Of a stretch of 64,000 bases of DNA, positions 32,190-41,321 are shown piece by piece. The first letter of the stretch is position 1. Every line of letters begins with the position of its first letter. The stretch comes from Candidatus Liptonbacteria bacterium (GTDB lineage Bacteria; Patescibacteriota; Minisyncoccia; UBA6257; 2-01-FULL-56-20): NCBI GenBank assembly GCA_023244895.1, contig JAHFLL010000001.1:745802-809801 (forward strand), read 5' to 3'. A program made the position numbers and the translations under genes. The notes below the pieces were generated by a model. The model did not search any database. It was given only the letters and a program-made list of their open reading frames with translations, and was not told where the DNA came from.

Positions 32190-33899
32190 CTAGATTCTCT
32201 CCGGCGCTTTTATACCCAAAATTCTTAATCCGCTCTTTAGGGTTTGCGCGGTAGCATCAATAAGCTTCAGGCGCGCGACGCGCAGATTAGAGTCTTCTTC
32301 CTTCATAACCGGGCAGGCTTCATAAAAACTATTAGTAGTGTTGGCTAATCCATAGAGATAGGAGCAGAGCAGATTGGGCGCGGTATTCTCTAGCGCCGCA
32401 AGCAGAGCATAGGGGTATTCGGCAATGGCGCGTATTAGAGCCAGCTCTTTTTCGTCTTTTAGGAGATGCAACTGGCGTCTGGGCCAATAGTAGTCAACTC
32501 GCCTAGCCTTACGTTTTATGCTTTGAAGCCTGGCATAGGTGTACTGTAAATACGGTCCGCTATCTCCCGAGAAATCCAACATCTTTTGCCAATCGAAAAT
32601 TATATCCGAGTTGCGATTCTCTTTAAGGTTGGTGTATTTGAGCGCGCCGATTGCCACCGCTTGGGCCACATCCTCCTTCTCTTGTCGGGAAAGACCGGGG
32701 TTTTTGTCCTGCACTATCCCCCGCGCGAGGCCCAATGCCTTCTGTAAAACCTCTTCACCGGAAACCACATTGCCCTCCCGAGTAGATAGCTTTTTGCCAG
32801 ACTCCCCCAAGACCATGCCATATTTGACATGCAACAATTCCACGCCCTGGCCCAAGCCCAACAGGTCAAAAACCGCGAAAACTTGGGAGAGGTGCAGGCT
32901 TTGCTCATTACCCACTACATAAAGAATTTTGGCGGGTTTGTATTCTTTCAAACGGTATTCCAGGTTGGCTAGGTCGCGCGTGAGATACAAGCTTCCTCCA
33001 TCCGATTTGCGCACCAGGGCCACCGGCAGATTAAACTTATCCAACGGAATAATGAGCCCGCCTTCGCTTTCCTTGGTAAGACCTTTTTCGGTTAATTCGG
33101 AAATGACCCGCTCCAATTCCTTTTCAAAAAAGTTCTCGCCTATGTCTATGTCAAAATCTATGCCCAAAGTTTTGTAGACGCGATTGAATTCACGCATAGA
33201 CTCCTTCTTGAACCAACCCCAGAGCTTGCGATTTTCTTTATCCCCCTGCTCCAGCTTACGAAATTCCGCGCGAGCTTCATCTTCCAGAGACTCATTATTC
33301 TTCGCCTCGTCATGAAAACGGATATAGAGCGCCGTTAGGGTCGGAATTGGATCCTTCTCTACCGCCGCCTCGTCGCCCCATTTACGATAAGCCACTATCA
33401 ATTTGCCGAATTGAGTGCCCCAGTCCCCCAAATAGTTCCAGCGCACCACCTTATAACCAGTCGCCTGATAAATATTGGCCAAAGAATCGCCCGTAAAGGC
33501 ATTGCGTAAATGTCCCACGTGGATGGGCTTCGCGATATTCAAAGAAGAGTGTTCCACTATCACTGTTTTATTCTGACCGATATTCCAAACCCCATATTTA
33601 TTACCCTGACCCAAAATATCGTCCAGGCTCCCGTGCCAGGCGGAGGGAGTTAGCCAAAAATTTATGAAGCCGGGCGGGGCGACCTCTACTTTTTCAAAAA
33701 AGTCCGCGGGGGCGGAAGACTTAATCCGCTCCGCGAAATCGTTCGCGATATCAAGCGGGTTCTGATGGATAAGCTTGGCATGGCGCATCGCCAAATTAGT
33801 GGAATAGTGCCCCTGCTCCACGTGGTCCGAGACCATAATATCAAAACCCGCCTCGGAACCGACGGCGCGTTCTATTATCTCTTTCAACTTGGCTCTCAT
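32190..33899 (-). CDS. argS: Arginine--tRNA ligase
   Basis: NIAKPIHVGHLR, GDWGTQFG, YLTRDL, GPYLQYTYAR. Confidence 0.97.
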   Translation of the reverse strand: MRAKLKEIIERAVGSEAGFDIMVSDHVEQGHYSTNLAMRHAKLIHQNPLDIANDFAERIKSSAPADFFEKVEVAPPGFINFWLTPSAWHGSLDDILGQGNKYGVWNIGQNKTVIVEHSSLNIAKPIHVGHLRNAFTGDSLANIYQATGYKVVRWNYLGDWGTQFGKLIVAYRKWGDEAAVEKDPIPTLTALYIRFHDEAKNNESLEDEARAEFRKLEQGDKENRKLWGWFKKESMREFNRVYKTLGIDFDIDIGENFFEKELERVISELTEKGLTKESEGGLIIPLDKFNLPVALVRKSDGGSLYLTRDLANLEYRLKEYKPAKILYVVGNEQSLHLSQVFAVFDLLGLGQGVELLHVKYGMVLGESGKKLSTREGNVVSGEEVLQKALGLARGIVQDKNPGLSRQEKEDVAQAVAIGALKYTNLKENRNSDIIFDWQKMLDFSGDSGPYLQYTYARLQSIKRKARRVDYYWPRRQLHLLKDEKELALIRAIAEYPYALLAALENTAPNLLCSYLYGLANTTNSFYEACPVMKEEDSNLRVARLKLIDATAQTLKSGLRILGIKAPERI

Positions 33900-33992
33900 T
33901 AAATTCTTGTTTTTACCCGTGAATCGGTTATCTTAAATCTGGACCGCCTGATTACCCATAATCATATCCTAAAATCAGGTATCCGCAATTAT

Positions 33993-34454
33993 ATGGCAGA
34001 AGCCAAGCAACACAAGAATATTGCCGAGAACCGCCGGGCGCGGTTTGACTATGAAATCTCCGACACATACGAGGCTGGCTTAGAGCTCTCCGGTATGGAG
34101 GCCAAAAGCGCGCGACTGGGCGGAATGAACCTTTCTGGTAGCCACGCACTCGTCAAGAAAGGAGAGGTTTGGCTCTTAAATTCCCAAATAATGCCCTTCC
34201 AACCCAAAAATGCCGGGAGTGATTACGAGCCAACCCGTTTCCGCCGTTTGCTACTGCACGGCGCGGAAATAGCTATTTTAGCCAACCGCCTGCAAGAAAA
34301 AGGTTGGTCGCTGGTGCCCCTGCGGGCATATCTCAAAAAAAATCTAGTGAAAGTGGAGCTCGGCCTGGGCAGGAGCAAAAAAGCCCACGATAAACGGGAT
34401 ACCATAAAGAAGAGAGACGTAAAACGGGAAATAGATCGCTCCCGAGCGCGCTAA
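33993..34454 (+). CDS. smpB: SsrA-binding protein
   Basis: NRRARFDY, EAGLEL, RRLLLH, HDKRDTIK. Confidence 0.96.
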   Translation: MAEAKQHKNIAENRRARFDYEISDTYEAGLELSGMEAKSARLGGMNLSGSHALVKKGEVWLLNSQIMPFQPKNAGSDYEPTRFRRLLLHGAEIAILANRLQEKGWSLVPLRAYLKKNLVKVELGLGRSKKAHDKRDTIKKRDVKREIDRSRAR

Positions 34455-34540
34455 TTTTTACAAACCTCCCCGGTCTTTACAAATCCCCCCTACGGGGTTA
34501 GATTTTGGACATAAATCAACCGCCCTCGCAGGGCAAAAAT

Positions 34541-35275
34541 ATGGAAGAAAATCAAAACGAATCAAATAAGGTCATAGAAATACCTGGGTCAAACGAGCCC
34601 ATCCGCTCGGAAAGCATGGTTATCGGCGCCCCCAAAGAAGAAACTGGTCGGGGTGGTTGGCGCAAGACTTTTTGGGCAGGGTTAGTAGTGGTTGTTGTTT
34701 TGGGATTAGCGACGAACCAGTGGCGAGGCGTGGAGAAAAACGAAGGCCAGTCCGCTCAGGTATCGGATACGGGTGGATTCTGGAGTGATTTGTTCGGTGG
34801 CAAAGAAGAAACAAAAAATGCTGAGGTTGCTTCCCAAAACGGCATAGACCTCTCCTTTGTTAAGGACGCGGACTATATCTCCCCCCTGGACCGAACCGCG
34901 CTTTACGCCGTACGCGACGGACAGTATAAAACCGAAGGATTAGAATTTGTTCCCGACCAAAGCCTGGTGGCGAAAGGTGACCTAAATGGCGACGGCAAAG
35001 AAGATGCGGCAATTGTCGTGAATGAAAAAACAAACGGACACGACTTCGCGATGCTCTCCGTTCTGGAGAACACCGGGGATGGATATAAAAATGTGCGCAC
35101 CTTCCTTCTGGGCGATAACATTAAAGCCACCTCTCTTAAGATAGAAAATGGCATCGCGAGGGTTGGCATAGTTTCCCACCGTCTGGAAGATTTAATTTCC
35201 GAGCCAACCTCTTTGCAGGCCCTGATTGTTAAATATGATGCAGCGAAAGGCTGGCTGATGGAATACGCCAACTAG
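34541..35275 (+). CDS. Membrane-anchored protein with a DxNxDG-type loop (start revised to ATG 34541)
   Basis: Single TM, GDLNGDGKEDAA. Confidence 0.65.
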   Translation: MEENQNESNKVIEIPGSNEPIRSESMVIGAPKEETGRGGWRKTFWAGLVVVVVLGLATNQWRGVEKNEGQSAQVSDTGGFWSDLFGGKEETKNAEVASQNGIDLSFVKDADYISPLDRTALYAVRDGQYKTEGLEFVPDQSLVAKGDLNGDGKEDAAIVVNEKTNGHDFAMLSVLENTGDGYKNVRTFLLGDNIKATSLKIENGIARVGIVSHRLEDLISEPTSLQALIVKYDAAKGWLMEYAN

Positions 35276-35322
35276 AGATAGTAGTTAGAAGATAGAATCT
35301 AGAAGTTGGTAGATGCCAACCA

Positions 35323-35356
35323 AATCAAAAACTGCTCCCAAGAGCAGTTTTTGATT
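35323..35356. terminator. Bidirectional terminator between convergent genes
   Basis: AATCAAAAACTGCTC-CCAA-GAGCAGTTTTTGATT. Confidence 0.8.
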
Positions 35357-35387
35357 CAATCACGTTCTACTTTCTACCTTCTAACTT

Positions 35388-36074
35388 CTACTTGGTAACA
35401 TCTACTCCCGCTTCCTCCGCTATCTCCAAGCAATCCGTAACTTCTTTTTGGACAGACTTAAGCTCTCCCCCGCTTAATGTGTATGGCCTACGTTCGGGAT
35501 TCTCTTGGGAAACATTAACGGACTCCAAGTCCTGATATAGCCAGGCAGATGCGCACTTACCCAGAGTCTCATCCTTAAAAGATTCTCTGAAAACCAAATC
35601 CTTACCCCGAATGCCTACAATACGAAGCTCTCTATCCTCAGGTAAATATTGCCTCAAAAGATAAGACACGGAATACCTCTCTAAAGATGGTTTCATAACC
35701 TCATACTTTCCATAAGACACGTCCCAGGCCAAGTCATACATAGCGAGCGCCGTTCCCTCCGCAGGATTAGTCTGGGGTATCACAAAATAGAACTTATTGG
35801 GCTTTTCAAAATCACGAAACACATCTTGCGGACGAATTTGCCAAACCTCACTTATAGCTAGGCGCGTCTTAGCTTCTATCAGCTGGTTGCGAGTCAGCTC
35901 CAGTCCCGGCAAAAAAACTCCTTGGCGGGCGGCGATATAAGTGGAAATACGATAGTTTGCCCAATGATAGCCGTATTTAGTACCCAAGAAAAAACCAACA
36001 AACGGTAGGGCAATAAAAAGAATCATAGCGAGCAACTTGGAAGACCTAGTAACGCTATTCCATTTTATTCTCAT
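35388..36074 (-). CDS. Hypothetical membrane-anchored protein
   Basis: N-terminal VTRSSKLLAMILFIALPFVGFFLG anchor. Confidence 0.7.
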   Translation of the reverse strand: MRIKWNSVTRSSKLLAMILFIALPFVGFFLGTKYGYHWANYRISTYIAARQGVFLPGLELTRNQLIEAKTRLAISEVWQIRPQDVFRDFEKPNKFYFVIPQTNPAEGTALAMYDLAWDVSYGKYEVMKPSLERYSVSYLLRQYLPEDRELRIVGIRGKDLVFRESFKDETLGKCASAWLYQDLESVNVSQENPERRPYTLSGGELKSVQKEVTDCLEIAEEAGVDVTK

Positions 36075-36148
36075 TAGCTTAATTATATAACTTTATCTAT
36101 TTCATTCCAATTCCCAATTCTAATTCTCAATTGGGTTATAATGGGAAT

Positions 36149-36763
36149 ATGGATTTGGGATTTAATAAGGAAGAGCTCGCTATTTTACGCAAACTGCGCA
36201 CGCCGGAAAAAATCCAGGATTTTTTGGATACTCTGCCGATAAATTTTGAAAAGAGTGGCGAAACAAATATGTCTCCCCGGAGAGTATTGCGCGAAAAGAA
36301 AGCGCATTGCATGGAAGGCGCGCTCTTGGCCGCCGCCGCCCTGTGGCTCAATGGCCATCCTCCCCTGCTTCTAGACCTTAAGACCGGGAGGGGCGACACC
36401 GACCACATAGTCACACTTTTCAAATATAAAAATTATTGGGGAGGCATAACCAAAACCAACCACTCCGTTTTACGCTACCGCGATCCCATCTACCGCGACC
36501 CCAGAGAACTTGCGCTGTCTTTTTTCCATGAATATTTTTTGGATAGCGGTCGCAAAACGCTTTTAAGCTACTCCCGCCCGTTTGACCTGCGGAAAGTTTT
36601 TAAAAAATATAATTGGACTGTGAGCGAAGAAGATTTATGGGATTTATCCGTAGAACTGGACGAGTCGCCTCACCTGCCCATCGTCCCCAAAGGACTAAAA
36701 CTCCGCCCCGCCAGTAAGACCGAAATAGAAGCCGGGAAAGTTACGGAGTGGAAGAGGAACTAA
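36149..36763 (+). CDS. Transglutaminase-like hypothetical protein (start revised to ATG 36149)
   Basis: AHCMEGA, DHIV, KTNHSVLRYRDP; TATAAT 6 nt upstream of the ATG. Confidence 0.75.
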   Translation: MDLGFNKEELAILRKLRTPEKIQDFLDTLPINFEKSGETNMSPRRVLREKKAHCMEGALLAAAALWLNGHPPLLLDLKTGRGDTDHIVTLFKYKNYWGGITKTNHSVLRYRDPIYRDPRELALSFFHEYFLDSGRKTLLSYSRPFDLRKVFKKYNWTVSEEDLWDLSVELDESPHLPIVPKGLKLRPASKTEIEAGKVTEWKRN

Positions 36764-36802
36764 AAAGTCCTCCGGTCTGCGGTCAAATTAATAAATACAT
36801 AG

Positions 36803-37228
36803 CTAAGCCGCCCTTAGCTCATCTTCTATTTCGCTATAAAGACCCAGCGTCTTACTTACTGCTTCGTATGGTCCGTCTCCGCCGCCTAAAAGCGCTTCTA
36901 TGCCGGACGTAGCCCTCGGATATTCACTGGCCTCCCCTCGGAACATAGCTTTTAGAGCCTCTAACTCAGCCTTCCTCCTCTCGTACACCTCACAACCAGT
37001 CATCACTGCCTCTAGCTGACTGGTTATCTCTTTAAAAAGTTGTTCTTGTTTTTCTTCCCCCTCAGGAAGAGTCATGCCCTCCATACTCTCAAAAACCTCT
37101 GCGTCCTCCGCGGTATATAGCGCAGATGTGAGACTGGATAGTGTTTCTAAATCGTCCGCTAGGGCATCCATCTTTTCGAGAATGGCCGCCTTCTGGGCTT
37201 CTGGAGATTGTGGACTTTCTACGATCAT
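36803..37228 (-). CDS. Hypothetical acidic helical protein
   Basis: 141-aa ORF in an otherwise empty interval. Confidence 0.6.
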   Translation of the reverse strand: MIVESPQSPEAQKAAILEKMDALADDLETLSSLTSALYTAEDAEVFESMEGMTLPEGEEKQEQLFKEITSQLEAVMTGCEVYERRKAELEALKAMFRGEASEYPRATSGIEALLGGGDGPYEAVSKTLGLYSEIEDELRAA

Positions 37229-37307
37229 TTTATTTGGTTAGTTTTAATTTGTTGTATAACCTTTCCCTTTATTATAAAAGTTATTTGCTGGCCGGCAAAG
37301 TGACTAC

Positions 37308-37913
37308 CTAAGGGGAAAATTTAGAAATATCGCTGGACTCGAAATCAAACCAGCCGTTCGCCTCTTCGTTTAACTTGGCTTCATAAGCGTCCCAACCCTC
37401 TCGATCAAAAACAGGAAGTTTTATTTCCGCTAGAAGTTCGCGAAGTCTTTTTTCTGCTTCGTCCTTGTTCTCTGGACTGGCCATAATCTCCGCTTCGTAA
37501 AATCTGCTATGTAGCTGTCCATTATCCATGCGCATAACGCTCTGAACCGCGAATTCTATTTCTCCGACGGTGTGTCTCTCTATTTCTCTAATGCCAGAGA
37601 CTCCCTTCGGGTATCCCAAAAGGGCAAGGGTGTGCAGGGCCTGCTTTAGACCACCTGCTTCTATATTCACCTCCGCTTCTTCCCGGGAAGAGCTCTCTCT
37701 AATGCTTTTCTTGACCACTATCTGAATCTTGCCGTTAGTCGTTTTGACTCGCACGTCCAAAGTGCGGTTATTAATGCCTATCGCCTGGGAAAGATCAAAA
37801 AACACGCGCTTCTGGGAATTCGTGTGTTTGCCGTTCGCGGCTAGATAGGCCTGGATAGTTTTGTACCCCACCTCGTCCAATGGTCCGCGCAACTCAACTT
37901 CTATGTGGTTCAT
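37308..37913 (-). CDS. CYTH-domain protein
   Basis: N-terminal IEVELR, REEAEV, FYEAEI. Confidence 0.8.
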   Translation of the reverse strand: MNHIEVELRGPLDEVGYKTIQAYLAANGKHTNSQKRVFFDLSQAIGINNRTLDVRVKTTNGKIQIVVKKSIRESSSREEAEVNIEAGGLKQALHTLALLGYPKGVSGIREIERHTVGEIEFAVQSVMRMDNGQLHSRFYEAEIMASPENKDEAEKRLRELLAEIKLPVFDREGWDAYEAKLNEEANGWFDFESSDISKFSP

Positions 37914-37965
37914 GCGGGAATTATGACAGCCAAATACATCATGAGCAAATACATGAATAGCGAAG

Positions 37966-38399
37966 TGGTAGAGATGGGTGGAATCTCACGTCGCTAACTT
38001 CGTAGGTAGCCCCTTAGAAAATCTATCTATAAGCATTTCCTTCTTATCTCTGCGCCATTTCTTGATTTGAACTTCTCGGTGGCGAGCCTCGTTTAATGTA
38101 TCGTGCCTTTCATAAAATACAACGCTAAATATTGACTTACCTTTTGTAAATTGAGCGCCCTGTTTTGAGTTGTGATGTTTTAGCCTGCTCTCAATGTCTT
38201 TTGTTATACCAACATACAACTTCCCAAAATCATTTCTAATCATATACACAAAGAACATATACTAATTCTATCAAACCTGCCCGTTCGACTCTCGCCTGCG
38301 ACGAACGCAGTCGAATCGCTCAGGGCACTCGACTCTTATTTAAAGTGGCTTGCCACGAGAGAAGTAAAGCCCCCCTTAAGGGGGGCTTTACGAGTCGAG
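37966..38399 (-). mobile_element. Putative tmRNA-integrated mini-islet carrying a GIY-YIG gene
   Basis: Diverged copy of the tmRNA 3' end (GATTCCACCCATCTCTACCA, 37966-37985) abuts the GIY-YIG stop; palindromes between the gene and ssrA. Confidence 0.65.
37986..38258 (-). CDS. GIY-YIG nuclease family protein (UPF0213-like)
   Basis: FVYMI..LYVGITKDIESRLKHHN, REVQIKKW. Confidence 0.92.
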   Translation of the reverse strand: MFFVYMIRNDFGKLYVGITKDIESRLKHHNSKQGAQFTKGKSIFSVVFYERHDTLNEARHREVQIKKWRRDKKEMLIDRFSKGLPTKLAT

Positions 38400-38722
38400 T
38401 GGAGATGGGCGGAGTCGAACCGCCGTGTAAGACAGAAACCGATGAATCATCTACGAGTGTAGTTCGCTAAAGCGGACAAACACTCCACATTCTTTCGCGC
38501 CATATGCGGTGGAGCACGTATATATGGCCCTAGCCTCCTTGTATAAGACCGGTATCAAGCTAAGAGGCCCAGCCTGGCCGATCCTCCAGACGCTACGCGT
38601 TAAACGTAGGCGAAAGCTGGAGCTGCAACTTTATTGTTGGCAGTTAAGATTTTTGCCAGATTTACGAGGTGGCACTCGACTCGCCGATTCAAGGTACTGA
38701 CTTATCGAAGCCGGTCATCCCC
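38400..38722 (-). ncRNA. ssrA: tmRNA; tag peptide ANNKVAAPAFAYV* (38641-38600)
   Basis: 5' GGGGATGACCGGCTTCGA, 3' GGCGGTTCGACTCCGCCCATCTCCA, G3.U alanine identity pair, TAACT-GCC resume motif. Confidence 0.95.
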
Positions 38723-38762
38723 GTTTTCGATTGCTCTTATATTCTAACATAAATTTATATTA

Positions 38763-38792
38763 TTGACAATATCCCATATCAAGTGATATAAC
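38763..38792 (+). promoter_or_regulatory. Sigma70-type promoter for the ClpP-like cassette
   Basis: TTGACA-18 nt-TATAAC with extended TG. Confidence 0.6.
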
Positions 38793-38845
38793 CTGGCCAG
38801 CCGTCGCGCACGATCGCGCGACACAATGATTCTGGGGGTAAATCC

Positions 38846-39406
38846 ATGGGACTTCCGCCATACCTGTGCTTTGACAGAGAGATCTGCAAGTCGACAGTCG
38901 AAACCCTGCTGACAAAGCTCCGTAGCGCGAACTCCACAAATCGCGTGTACGTGAGCTCGCCCGGAGGGACGTTCGACTTTTTTTCGGTGCTCGGCCCGGC
39001 TATCCAACGCCAGGGCATCGTGACCCTGTCGGGCGACGTCCGCTCGGCAGCAGTCGTCCTCTTCCTGCTTGGACACGTACGGCAGGCCCTGCCGGACGCG
39101 ACATTCTTCTTCCACGAAGTGAGGACGTTCGTCGGCCAGGGCAACCAGATCACCGTGGCCGACCTGGAACACGCCGAGGAGTATGAGCGGATGATGTCTG
39201 CTGAAGGACAGGAGGCGTACCAGGAATGGCGCCAGAGCATGAAGATGGCCCAGGCTTGGTTCGCGCGCTTCATCTCCACCCAGACCGGACTCCCCGCGAG
39301 CACGTTCCTCAATCTCATGCGTGCCGAGGCAACCCTCTCCGCTCGGGAGGCAGTTCGGTACGGCATCGTGCACGAGATCGTGCCGGCCAGACTCGTCTGG
39401 AAATAG
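38846..39406 (+). CDS. ClpP-like protease subunit (GC-rich cassette)
   Basis: YVSSPGG, VRSAAVVLF (Ser), FFFHE (His), LSAREAVRYGIV. Confidence 0.85.
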   Translation: MGLPPYLCFDREICKSTVETLLTKLRSANSTNRVYVSSPGGTFDFFSVLGPAIQRQGIVTLSGDVRSAAVVLFLLGHVRQALPDATFFFHEVRTFVGQGNQITVADLEHAEEYERMMSAEGQEAYQEWRQSMKMAQAWFARFISTQTGLPASTFLNLMRAEATLSAREAVRYGIVHEIVPARLVWK

Positions 39407-39530
39407 CGACAGTGGACGGGCACGCGCAGCGCGTGCCTGCCCCAACCTCAGTTTGGGAAATTTTCGCAAATTGAGGTTGGGTAAAAATTTATTAAACGAA
39501 ACGGGCCCGGTCGCGAATGACCAAGCCCGT

Positions 39531-40295
39531 CTATCTTACTTTGTCACCATTCCCGTTTTGAGGCGGGAAACGGCGACGCAACTCCCGCAAGATGGGTTCG
39601 GCCTCTTTTTGCCGCTTCTCCCGCTGGAGCAGTTCTGCTAAGGCGAATTTGGCTTCCGCCACATCCAGCTCAGAGCAGGAAGAACAAGAGGTGGCCCGAT
39701 GAATGTGCGCGAGGGCCTTGTCGTGGCTACCTCCGCCCAGGAGCCGGCGTACTGCCCAAGAACGTTCGGCGACAACCTGCTCGATCCAGCCCAGAGCGGT
39801 AAGCGCCCGCGCGTGATTAGGGTCGCGCACCAACACTCTCTCTAACCCGGCGCGGGCAGAGCGATACTCACCGAGCCCGGTCTTGCGGTCCAACACCTGT
39901 AGGTTCAGCCACAGCTTATTGAGATGTAGCTTTGCCAACAGAAACTCGCAGCGGGCGTTGCGGGGAGAGTCGCGCAGGCACCTCTCGGCTTGGCGAACTC
40001 CCTCCGCCTGCAGTCTTAAGAATTCGGCTAGCGTACTCGGGTCGGGGGCCTGTTTGCTAAGTAATAGACCCGAACCATTCACGCCCGCCTGTTTCCGAAG
40101 CCGGAAGAGTAGCGCGCTGGTATGCGCCTCGTAGCTCTCCGGATCGTCCGGAAACAGCTTACGAGCCGCAGTTGCCCGCGTTGCCGCTACTTGGAAGTCC
40201 TGCCTGAAAAACGCTTCTCGGGACGCGTTTATTCTGGTCTCATACTCGGCGGGCAGGGCGAGCATGAGCAGAAGTCCCCAAATGGACCAGTTCAT
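39531..40295 (-). CDS. Secreted TPR-like hypothetical protein (GC-rich cassette)
   Basis: Signal peptide, helical repeats (LVRDPNHARALTALG), SD GGAGGT. Confidence 0.7.
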   Translation of the reverse strand: MNWSIWGLLLMLALPAEYETRINASREAFFRQDFQVAATRATAARKLFPDDPESYEAHTSALLFRLRKQAGVNGSGLLLSKQAPDPSTLAEFLRLQAEGVRQAERCLRDSPRNARCEFLLAKLHLNKLWLNLQVLDRKTGLGEYRSARAGLERVLVRDPNHARALTALGWIEQVVAERSWAVRRLLGGGSHDKALAHIHRATSCSSCSELDVAEAKFALAELLQREKRQKEAEPILRELRRRFPPQNGNGDKVR

Positions 40296-40372
40296 GTTGC
40301 ACCTCCCCGTGCTGGTTCGGATTCTAGCAGGAAAAGTTTTGGGCGCAAGTTAAGTAATGTTAAAATAACCTC

Positions 40373-41248
40373 ATGCAAATCTTTGGCATCGCCTGGGCGC
40401 TCGTCGCGCTTTTTAGTTTTGGCTTTGGGGATTTTATGATTCAGCGCGCCACTCGTAGAATCGGGGATGTTCACGCTCTCTTTTATATCGGTATAACCGG
40501 CGGAATAGTTCTTCTACCTTTTATTTGGCAGGAGTTGCCAAACATATTTTCCAATAGTAATGGGATTGTTTTGCTTTTAGTTGTCTCCGTAATAACGGTG
40601 ATAGCTTCTTTGTTTGATTTTGAGGCACTGAAAGTGGGAAAAATTTCTATTATTAACCCGATTACCGGGCTGGAATTGCCCATAACCGTAGCGCTTGGAA
40701 TTTTTATTTTAGACGAGTGGATGGGCTGGTTGGATTTTGTGCTTATGATTTTAGTTTTTACGGGGATAGCGCTCGCCTCTTTCGGTGGGAAACTTAGACA
40801 CTTTTTTGAAACCAATTATCTGGAGAAGGGTGTGGTTCTCGCGTTTATAAGCGCCATCACCATGGCTCTCTTAAACTTTTTCGTGGGTGTTTCAAGCGAA
40901 GAGACTTCTCCGCTTCTCACTATTTGGTTCGCATTTCTATTCTCCGGAATATTTTGCCTGATAATTATGCTTATAACCGGGACTGCCAGACAAATTGGGC
41001 GCGACCTCCGACATAATCCTAAATTGATTATCGCGCAGTGTTCGCTAGACACGCTGGGCTGGGTTGCCTTTGCGCAAGCGACCACTTTTATATCCATTGC
41101 CATCACCACAACTATCAGCGAAGCATACATAGCGCTCTCCGCCCTTTTAGGCTTGTGGGTTGGCAGAGAAAAATTGGCGACTCACCAGAAAATAGGCATA
41201 GCCGTAACTATTGCCGGCGTTTTGATTTTATCCGCCTTAGTTTCATAG
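40373..41248 (+). CDS. DMT/EamA family transporter
   Basis: About ten TMs, ALKVGKISIINPI, GREKL. Confidence 0.9.
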   Translation: MQIFGIAWALVALFSFGFGDFMIQRATRRIGDVHALFYIGITGGIVLLPFIWQELPNIFSNSNGIVLLLVVSVITVIASLFDFEALKVGKISIINPITGLELPITVALGIFILDEWMGWLDFVLMILVFTGIALASFGGKLRHFFETNYLEKGVVLAFISAITMALLNFFVGVSSEETSPLLTIWFAFLFSGIFCLIIMLITGTARQIGRDLRHNPKLIIAQCSLDTLGWVAFAQATTFISIAITTTISEAYIALSALLGLWVGREKLATHQKIGIAVTIAGVLILSALVS

Positions 41249-41321
41249 CCTTATTTGACTTTTTAGAAATTTATTATAAAATGTAGCCCTGTTCTTTGAA
41301 GGGGATGGAGGTCCCCTGCTG

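Noticed and set aside
38509-38700. 63-aa ORF on + strand
   Set aside because: Antisense to tmRNA
39441-39482. Integron attC site (AAC...GTTGGGT)
   Set aside because: About 42 nt, shorter than known attC sites; imperfect RYYYAAC and no integrase in the window
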